Assembly (NCBI GenBank): GCA_963674745.2
Contig: CAXXDV010000003.1
Coordinates: 2,080,001-2,144,000 of the forward strand
Reading direction: 5' to 3'
DNA length: 64,000 nucleotides
Source of the DNA: Desulfosudaceae bacterium
GTDB lineage: Bacteria > Desulfobacterota > Desulfobacteria > Desulfobacterales > Desulfosudaceae
Part shown: piece by piece, positions 57,119-64,000 of the stretch
How positions within the stretch are numbered: position 1 is the stretch's first letter
Layout of the letters: each line of letters begins with the position of its first letter
Translations under genes and position numbers: made by a program
Notes under the pieces: generated by a model
Database searches by the model: none
Told to the model about the DNA's origin: nothing
What the model saw: the letters and a program-made list of their open reading frames with translations, nothing else

Positions 57119-57841
57119 ATGACGAAAAGCACGCCACCGCCCCCGAACTGGAAAAGCTGGCAGGACCTCATTATCCGTCACGCCCCCGAACTGGACATGC
57201 CTGTCTCTGAAGAGCAGGCCCGCATGTTTGCCATCCATGCCGACGAGCTGTTTCGCTGGAATCGAAAAATCAATCTGACCGCCATTACCGACCCGACTGA
57301 GGCGGCCATCAAACATTTTCTGGACGCGCTTGTACCGGCGCACCAGATTCCCGACAACACCTCACTGCTGGACGTCGGGACCGGCGGCGGTTTCCCCGGC
57401 ATTCCGCTGAAGGTGATCAAACCGTCTCTTACCGTCACCCTGGTAGATGCTACTTTAAAGAAAATCAATTTTGTGCGGCAGGTGATCCGGACCATGAACC
57501 TTGACAATATCACGGCCGTTCAGGACCGGGCTGAATCCCTGATAAACGACCCGCTGTTTGCAGGCCGCTTTGACACCGTTATTTGCCGGGCGTTTGACGC
57601 CCTGCCGGGCTTTGTCTCCTTATCCCATGGGCTGATCCGGACAAACGGCCGCCTGATTGCCATGAAAGGCCCTCAAGTAGAGACGGAATTAAAACAGCTG
57701 GAGACACTGAAACTCAACATAAACGGCCGGGTGATGACCGCCCGGGACCGGTTTTCTATTGACGTGTACCATTACACGCTGCCGGTTCTGGGAGACCAAC
57801 GGTCGCTGATTATTCTGACCCCTGACCGGGGCATCACCTGA
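57119..57841 (+). CDS. rsmG: 16S rRNA m7G527 methyltransferase
   Basis: WNRKINLTAI, HFLD, DVGTGGGFPGIP, CRAF, MKG. Confidence 0.95.
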   Translation: MTKSTPPPPNWKSWQDLIIRHAPELDMPVSEEQARMFAIHADELFRWNRKINLTAITDPTEAAIKHFLDALVPAHQIPDNTSLLDVGTGGGFPGIPLKVIKPSLTVTLVDATLKKINFVRQVIRTMNLDNITAVQDRAESLINDPLFAGRFDTVICRAFDALPGFVSLSHGLIRTNGRLIAMKGPQVETELKQLETLKLNINGRVMTARDRFSIDVYHYTLPVLGDQRSLIILTPDRGIT

Positions 57842-57850
57842 CCTGTCGCC

Positions 57851-57893
57851 GGCCTCAACTCTTGCAGCCGATCAACACAAGAGTTGAAAGGCC
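57851..57893 (+). terminator. Stem-loop after rsmG (possible terminator)
   Basis: ggcc-tcaactcttg ... caagagttga-aaggcc; no clear U-tract. Confidence 0.35.
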
Positions 57894-58095
57894 TGATGCA
57901 AAGGCCTTGACTTGTGATATAAATTTTGCTTTTTATTACGTATTCGACCAACCAGCCTTTTTAACTGTGGCTGAACTTGATCGACCCGGACAAAGACAGT
58001 ACAATTCTTCTTAAAATCAGGGTACAGTCGGACTGTCGTGTTAACCCGGATATTTCATGTTTTTTTTTGATTAATACTTTTTAAGAATACAAAAA

Positions 58096-60387
58096 ATGAA
58101 TACCATCATTAAACACCTCCCACGGAAACTTTTGTTCATAACCCGCTATACCTTCCTGCTGGCCGTCATCAGTTTGGGGCTGGTTTCAATTATCGCCACC
58201 GGCGGCGGCGGTTCCGGCGGCTCCCCCACTTATTATCTTGATGGGGACGGGGATGGGTATGGCGATCCGGATGTTTTTTTAAAGCAGGACAAACAACCCG
58301 ATGAATACGTAACCAACAGTGCGGACTGCGATGACAGCAACGCGGAAATCAACCCGGGTGCCTCTGATGTACCGGACGACGGTGTTGACCAGAACTGTGA
58401 CGGCTTTGATTTAAAGTCATGGTTTGAGGATGCCGACGGCGACGGTTACGGCAACCCGGACGTCTTTCTCCAGGCCAATGCCGCGCCTGACGGATATGTT
58501 ACCGAGGGCATTGATTGTGATGACACAAATCCCGGTGTCTTTCCCGGCAATACGGAAATCGCCAACGATGGTATTGACCAGGACTGTGACGGATTCGACC
58601 TTTTTCCCTGGTACCGGGATGCCGATGACGACGGCTATGGCGACCCCTATAATGGCGTCATGGAACGGCCAGATTTCGGTGACTATGTGGAAAACAACAA
58701 AGACTGTGATGATACCGATGCCGGAGCGTACCCCGGTGCGCCGGAAATCGCGGACGACGGCATTGACCAGGACTGTGACGGTTTTGATTTGAAATCATGG
58801 TTCCCGGATGCCGACGGTGACGGCTACGGCGATCCCGAAACGGTCGTTACGTCCAATTCGGCCCCCGGGGGATACGTGGCCAATAACGACGACTGCGATG
58901 ACAAAAATGCCGGAATATATCCCGGCGCCTGTGATGCGCCCGACATTTTTCTGACCGTCAACGACATTCCCGCTGCCATGAACGGCAGCATCCCGTACCG
59001 GGACAACAACGATGAACTGGTTGACTTCACCCTGGCCGTTCCGACCAGTGACGCGGTCTGGAACATAACCGTGGACTGCCCCTGCGGTTGCCGGAAAGAA
59101 GGGCTGCAGGTCTGGTCGGATCCGCCTATGAATGAAAACCCGGCGGATCTTTTTGAATCCGACGGTAACGATCGCTTTATATGGCGGGTTGATGCCGCCA
59201 ACGCCTTGCCCCAGACGGCTGCCCTGACCATTTACGCCGCCATAACCGACAATTGCGGCCAGGAATCAGAGACGTCGTCACTGACCGTCCGGACCATCGC
59301 CAACCGCCCCCTGCTGGCCCCCTTTGATCTTCAGGACCCGTGGCTGTTCGTTTACAGCCGGGATAACTATACCATCACCAGCGGTATGTCGTCCGACACA
59401 ACCTGGGAAGTTTACAGCGAGGCCGTCCCCAACGGCATATCCGATTTTATTGAAGACCTGTGGTCACTCGGTTTGGGGACACCGACCCCGGACCCGGCTT
59501 TTGAGGCCGTAACCTGCGAGAGCGGTCAAAACGGCAACGACTGCCTGGCCAGGATGGTCCTGGAACAGACCCGGGAAAAAGCCTATCAGCTGTTTCTCTG
59601 CGGACCCGACGGCACCCGCGGTGACGACGGCGTCGACATCCGTCTCTGGATCGAGGGTGAACCCGGGGCCCCGGATCCGGCAGATTTCACCCCGCAAACA
59701 CTCAACAGCCTGGACATCGAAAAAACGTTTTCCATGATGGGTTTCGGGGGAGGTGACCTGGAACAATACCGGGTCGGTTACGCGGAACGCATTGACTACC
59801 TGAACCTGTTAAACGAAGACAACACGCCAAAGGATCTGGGCGTTCTGACGACATCCCTGGTCCGCTATGCTTACAATTTCCTCAATGACAGCGAAGCACT
59901 CGAACTGATGGCAGCCATCAACCTGGGCGATATACTCGTTCCCGTGGGCGGTACCCCTATCGGTACCTATGCGGAAGATGTCCGGATGATCGATCTTTCC
60001 ATTCCGCCGGAGGACCTTTCTGAACGGTTCCAGTCGCGCCGTGAGCAGATGCTGATGCTGATGGACAAGCTGACCGACGGATTAAGCCTGCTGACCGTCC
60101 ATGAAATCGGGCATTCGGTGGGCCTGGTCCCCCCGGGTCATCCGCCTTACGGCTTTTTCGCCGGAGAGACCAAAGCCGATTTTATCGACGATCCTGACGG
60201 GTCAACCGAAGCGCATATCGACACCGCCGGTTTCAACATCATGCAGGCCGGCCCGGAAACAGGTTATATATCCGAAGATCTGCTCAAGGCCTTAACAGGC
60301 AGCCTGTTCGAAGAAGACGGCCCGGTCTTTCGCTTCAATGAAATGAACATGGCTTATCTGCAGGGCCGGCTGCTGCTTCTGCCCTAG
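58096..60387 (+). CDS. Secreted/surface protein with four Asp/Cys-rich putative metal-binding repeats and a C-terminal HExxH zincin-like domain
   Basis: Repeats (W/Y)xxDxDxDGYG...DCDD...PG (first three continue to DGxDQxCDG); VHEIGHSVGL. Confidence 0.8.
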   Translation: MNTIIKHLPRKLLFITRYTFLLAVISLGLVSIIATGGGGSGGSPTYYLDGDGDGYGDPDVFLKQDKQPDEYVTNSADCDDSNAEINPGASDVPDDGVDQNCDGFDLKSWFEDADGDGYGNPDVFLQANAAPDGYVTEGIDCDDTNPGVFPGNTEIANDGIDQDCDGFDLFPWYRDADDDGYGDPYNGVMERPDFGDYVENNKDCDDTDAGAYPGAPEIADDGIDQDCDGFDLKSWFPDADGDGYGDPETVVTSNSAPGGYVANNDDCDDKNAGIYPGACDAPDIFLTVNDIPAAMNGSIPYRDNNDELVDFTLAVPTSDAVWNITVDCPCGCRKEGLQVWSDPPMNENPADLFESDGNDRFIWRVDAANALPQTAALTIYAAITDNCGQESETSSLTVRTIANRPLLAPFDLQDPWLFVYSRDNYTITSGMSSDTTWEVYSEAVPNGISDFIEDLWSLGLGTPTPDPAFEAVTCESGQNGNDCLARMVLEQTREKAYQLFLCGPDGTRGDDGVDIRLWIEGEPGAPDPADFTPQTLNSLDIEKTFSMMGFGGGDLEQYRVGYAERIDYLNLLNEDNTPKDLGVLTTSLVRYAYNFLNDSEALELMAAINLGDILVPVGGTPIGTYAEDVRMIDLSIPPEDLSERFQSRREQMLMLMDKLTDGLSLLTVHEIGHSVGLVPPGHPPYGFFAGETKADFIDDPDGSTEAHIDTAGFNIMQAGPETGYISEDLLKALTGSLFEEDGPVFRFNEMNMAYLQGRLLLLP

Positions 60388-60412
60388 CCCGGGAGACGTT
60401 TCCTGATCGGCT

Positions 60413-61510
60413 TTACGAATTGTCCTGATGCTTTAAAAAGGCGCCAAACTCAAGGTCGTAAATATACAGCAGCACCATGGTGATACCAAACACCAGCGGT
60501 CCGTAAAGGATACCGGTCAGTCCGAAATAGCTGATCCCCCCCAGAATGGAGAAAAAAATCAAGACAGTGCTCATACCGGCACCACCTTTCATGAATAGCG
60601 GGCGCAGCAGGTTGTCGATCATGCCGACCACCACCACACACCAGATCACCAGAAACAGGCCCCGCCCCCAGGAACCTGAAACCAACAGGTAACCGGCCGC
60701 GGGCACCCAGATCAGGGCGGTTCCCACTACCGGAATGAGGGACGCAAAAGCCATTACAGCGCCCCAGAAGAATCCGGGTAAACCGCAAATGGCAAAGGCC
60801 AGCCCACCGGCCGCGCCCTGGGCAAGGGCGGTCACAAAGCTGCCCAGGAGGGCGGACCGGGCGACATCTTTAATTTTTTTGACCAGTACGGTTTCATGTC
60901 CGCTGGACAGTGGAACCAGATGAAGCACATAATCGACCATGCGCTGCAAATCCTTGATGGCAAAAAAGAAGACAAAAATCATGATAAAAAACTTGCCGGC
61001 CGCCATGGAAAGATTACCGATAAAATACCCGCCTTTGCTGACCAGCCATTTGCCGGAAGCGGAAGATACCTGCATGACCGTCGAACTCAGATCCAGATCC
61101 TGCATGATATTGGCCGGCAGGTATTTGGTCGCCAGCCCCATCACCCGTGCAATCAGGGGGCTGTTCATGAGCGTCTCGAAATGGCCCGCTGCGATCCACT
61201 GCTGAATGGCGGTAAAGGAATGAATTCCCTGCCGGATGACAACGGACAGCATAATCACCACCGGAACAACGATAATCAGGACCAGCAGCAGACAGGAGAT
61301 CAGCGCGGCCAGGTTTTCCCTCCCCCGCAACCGTTTGACCAGCCATTCATTGACCGGACTGGTCAAGGCGGCCAGAATCAATGCCATAAGAACGGGATCA
61401 ACATAAGGCCTCATTATCAGCCAGCAGAAATACAATGCCAGGATAATGAGAAAAATCAGAAAATAATGACCGATGTTAAGCTGACTGGAAGGGTTTTGAG
61501 GCTCAACCAT
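60413..61510 (-). CDS. AI-2E family transporter
   Basis: Multi-TM; AQG, SLIPVVG, IDNLLRP, GG...FG..G..YGP. Confidence 0.92.
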   Translation of the reverse strand: MVEPQNPSSQLNIGHYFLIFLIILALYFCWLIMRPYVDPVLMALILAALTSPVNEWLVKRLRGRENLAALISCLLLVLIIVVPVVIMLSVVIRQGIHSFTAIQQWIAAGHFETLMNSPLIARVMGLATKYLPANIMQDLDLSSTVMQVSSASGKWLVSKGGYFIGNLSMAAGKFFIMIFVFFFAIKDLQRMVDYVLHLVPLSSGHETVLVKKIKDVARSALLGSFVTALAQGAAGGLAFAICGLPGFFWGAVMAFASLIPVVGTALIWVPAAGYLLVSGSWGRGLFLVIWCVVVVGMIDNLLRPLFMKGGAGMSTVLIFFSILGGISYFGLTGILYGPLVFGITMVLLYIYDLEFGAFLKHQDNS

Positions 61511-61805
61511 TGCGTTCCTCCTCTGGTGGCAGTTTTTATTAAAACAGGGTATGGTTAGATTTGGCTTTTTTCTCTAAATTTAGTGAGCACACACTGAACT
61601 TTATACAATTTACTCCCCACCACTGATCGGGAGATGAACCTTAAATTATCGCTCATGAAAAGCCGGATTTACCGGCCAACACGGAAAGCCGCTGGCCCCG
61701 GGTGATGATATATCACATTATATTTATTGACACAATATCACCCTTTTGATAGCAGATAACAGATAAAATCCGTTCTCAAACGCCAAAAAGAGGTGCCTGG
61801 ACAGA

Positions 61806-63260
61806 ATGTATAGAGAAAATTATATTGATTCGCTGCAGTCAGATCTGCTTGACCTGATGGAAAACCACTTGACACCGGCCGCCATTCGTTACGGCTACAG
61901 CGACACGCCCCTGGAAAACAATATCAAATGGCGACCGCTTATTCTGGTCATCGGCAACTATTCTTCGGGGAAATCCACGCTGATCAATGATTTTATCGGC
62001 ACCCGGATCCAGGCTACCGGGCAGGCCCCCACGGATGACTCGTTTACGGTAATTACCTACGATGACTCGGTTGAAGTGGATACCGATATCCGTGTCACCG
62101 AGCAGCGGGACGGTAATTATCTGCTGTCCAACCCCGAGTTTCCTTTTGAGTCACTGAAAAAACACGGCCAGCAGTTCGCCTCCCATTTCTGCATGAAAAA
62201 AGTCAACGCCTCTTTTCTTAAACATTTCGCGATTATCGATACGCCGGGCATGCTGGACAGTATTACCAAGCGGGACCGGGGATATGACTATCTCCAGGTC
62301 ATCGGCGACCTGGCGCACATGGCGGACCTGGTTCTTGTCCTGTTCGATCCCCATAAAGCCGGCACCATCCGTGAAGCGCATATCAGCCTTCGGGACACCC
62401 TGCCGGCGCATACCTTTGAGCACCGGATCTTCTACGTTTTGAACCGGATCGATGAATGCGCATCTCTGGTGGATCTGTTGCGGGTGTACGGTACCCTTTG
62501 CTGGAACCTGTCGCAAATCACCGGGCGCAAGGATATTCCCCCCATCCGGCTGACTTACTCACAACATGCCGCCGAGCAGGCCCACACGCTCCAGAAAGGC
62601 GCCGCAGAGTATCTTCACCATCTGAATAATCAGCGGGAAGAGTTAAAAACAGCCCTGATGCAGGCCCCCAAGTACCACCTGGATAACCTGGCCACATTTC
62701 TGGAAACCCACAGCATCCGTTTAACGCACCTGCTGGAAGCCCTGCTGGCTTATCGACGAAAAAGAAGTGCCGCCTTCGTGCGTTTTCTGATAACCGGTCT
62801 GCTCACCAGTATTCCGATAGGCGCCGCTGCCACACTGTTGTTCTCAAGAATCGGGCTGCCGGCCCCTCCCGACATCATATACCTGTCCGGCGGAATATCC
62901 GGTCTGATCTTCTTCGTACTATGGAGTACCTTTATCCGTAAATATTACCTGTCCCGCTTTCATCGCCGACAGATGAAAAACATTGACAGCCTGACCGAGC
63001 TTGGAAATCAGAACAGAAAAGAAACGTGGCAATTTGTAAAATCCCTGGTCCTGGATTACCTCAAAAAGACGGGGGGGCTGTTTCCGGCCTGGATGATCAA
63101 ACAGGAATATGCCGCCATTAATGATATTGCCACCAATGAGACCAGGGAAGTCCGGGAAGCATTAAATGAGATCAATATGATCAAAGCGGATACCCCCTTT
63201 GATCCCGCCTCACCTTATCTGCAATCGCTTGATCAAAAAAACAGGGAAGAGGTTCAGTAG
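61806..63260 (+). CDS. EHD-like dynamin-family NTPase with two C-terminal TM segments
   Basis: GNYSSGKS, GQAPTDDSF, IIDTPG, RGYDY, LFDPHK, VLNRID, LLRVYGTLCWNL. Confidence 0.85.
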   Translation: MYRENYIDSLQSDLLDLMENHLTPAAIRYGYSDTPLENNIKWRPLILVIGNYSSGKSTLINDFIGTRIQATGQAPTDDSFTVITYDDSVEVDTDIRVTEQRDGNYLLSNPEFPFESLKKHGQQFASHFCMKKVNASFLKHFAIIDTPGMLDSITKRDRGYDYLQVIGDLAHMADLVLVLFDPHKAGTIREAHISLRDTLPAHTFEHRIFYVLNRIDECASLVDLLRVYGTLCWNLSQITGRKDIPPIRLTYSQHAAEQAHTLQKGAAEYLHHLNNQREELKTALMQAPKYHLDNLATFLETHSIRLTHLLEALLAYRRKRSAAFVRFLITGLLTSIPIGAAATLLFSRIGLPAPPDIIYLSGGISGLIFFVLWSTFIRKYYLSRFHRRQMKNIDSLTELGNQNRKETWQFVKSLVLDYLKKTGGLFPAWMIKQEYAAINDIATNETREVREALNEINMIKADTPFDPASPYLQSLDQKNREEVQ

Positions 63261-63328
63261 CCCCCGGCCCGGATATTTCATAAAATATTCGGGATAGCGA
63301 ACAGGCATAACTCTTATCAGAGACGACA

Positions 63329-64000
63329 ATGTTACCGGCAATTCCTGCTCTGGCAAAAATCGCCTTTATTTTCGCGGTTATCATTTTTGCCATCCGCAAA
63401 AACATTTCCCTGGCCAATGCTTTTATAACCGGTGCCGGACTGCTGGCGCTCTTTTTTGCGCTGCCGGTGACAAAAACCATCGGCGCTGTTCTGGTCTGTC
63501 TGGTGGATCCCAAAACGATTTCCCTGTGCCTGATCGTGGCCCTGATCCTGATGCTCAGCAACGGTCTTGAACAATGCGGCCAAATGAAACGGATGCTAAA
63601 AAACTTCAGGGGTTTGATAAAAAACCCGAAGTTAAACCTGGCTCTCTTTCCGGCCATTATCGGCCTTCTGCCCATGCCCGGCGGCGCTGTCTTTTCAGCC
63701 CCCATGGTCAAGGAACTCGGCGGGCAATCCGAACTGGCCCCGGCGCATCTGAGTTATATCAACTACTGGTTCCGCCATATCTGGGAGTACTGGTGGCCCA
63801 TGTACCCCGGCGTCCTGCTGGCCACCCTGCTGGCCGACATTAACCTGGCCGGATTCATCGCCATGATGTTTCCTTTTACCCTGGTGGTAGTGGTTATCGG
63901 CTGGCTCCCTGTTGACCAGACCCGGCTTAACCCGGCCGGGCCAGGCCCTTCCGGCGGTAAAAAGTTCAAACCGTTCCTTAAAGAAATTACACCGATTCTG
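63329..64000 (+). CDS. DUF401 family membrane protein (runs off the window end; absent from the ORF track)
   Basis: Manual translation MLPAIPALAK...GLLPMPGGAVFSAPMV...NYWFRHIWEYWWPMYPG. Confidence 0.8.
   Translation, partial: MLPAIPALAKIAFIFAVIIFAIRKNISLANAFITGAGLLALFFALPVTKTIGAVLVCLVDPKTISLCLIVALILMLSNGLEQCGQMKRMLKNFRGLIKNPKLNLALFPAIIGLLPMPGGAVFSAPMVKELGGQSELAPAHLSYINYWFRHIWEYWWPMYPGVLLATLLADINLAGFIAMMFPFTLVVVVIGWLPVDQTRLNPAGPGPSGGKKFKPFLKEITPIL

Noticed and set aside
57119..57841. Replication origin near rsmG
   Set aside because: No mnmG, parAB or dnaA and no DnaA-box cluster seen.
61511..61805. Riboswitch or ncRNA in the divergent intergenic region (also looked at 24214-24628 and 57842-58095)
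   Set aside because: No known aptamer consensus recognised by eye; an Infernal/Rfam scan is needed to exclude one.

Overview
A 64-kb bacterial chromosomal window. Gene content and style suggest an anaerobic deltaproteobacterium (Desulfobacterota-like; inference). 1-19.3 kb is an accessory signalling and transport block: a hybrid CHASE-type/HAMP/PAS histidine kinase with two receivers and Hpt, then a single-domain receiver; a minus-strand cluster with a sigma-factor-less partner-switching module (STAS, RsbW-like kinase, Cache-HAMP-PP2C, STAS fusion) interleaved with an ABC importer and followed by a Na/Pi cotransporter; and a divergent PAS-fused MacA-like adaptor with a split MacB-type exporter. 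The rest is mostly housekeeping: HU, cysS, ispF, xseAB-ispA-dxs-tlyA, an EF-G paralogue, pgi, ettA, a frameshifted fabH, purB, pilD, lon-tsaB and rsmG. Mixed in are c-di-GMP enzymes, a CoA-transferase-GNAT fusion lacking the catalytic Glu, a repeat-rich HExxH surface protein and a eukaryote-like EHD/dynamin. Non-coding structure includes GTAG-type REP/REPIN elements (one 108-bp-period array), a two-copy ~148-bp MITE, and 7/8-mer GGTTC tracts. No rRNA, tRNA, CRISPR array or transposase was recognised.
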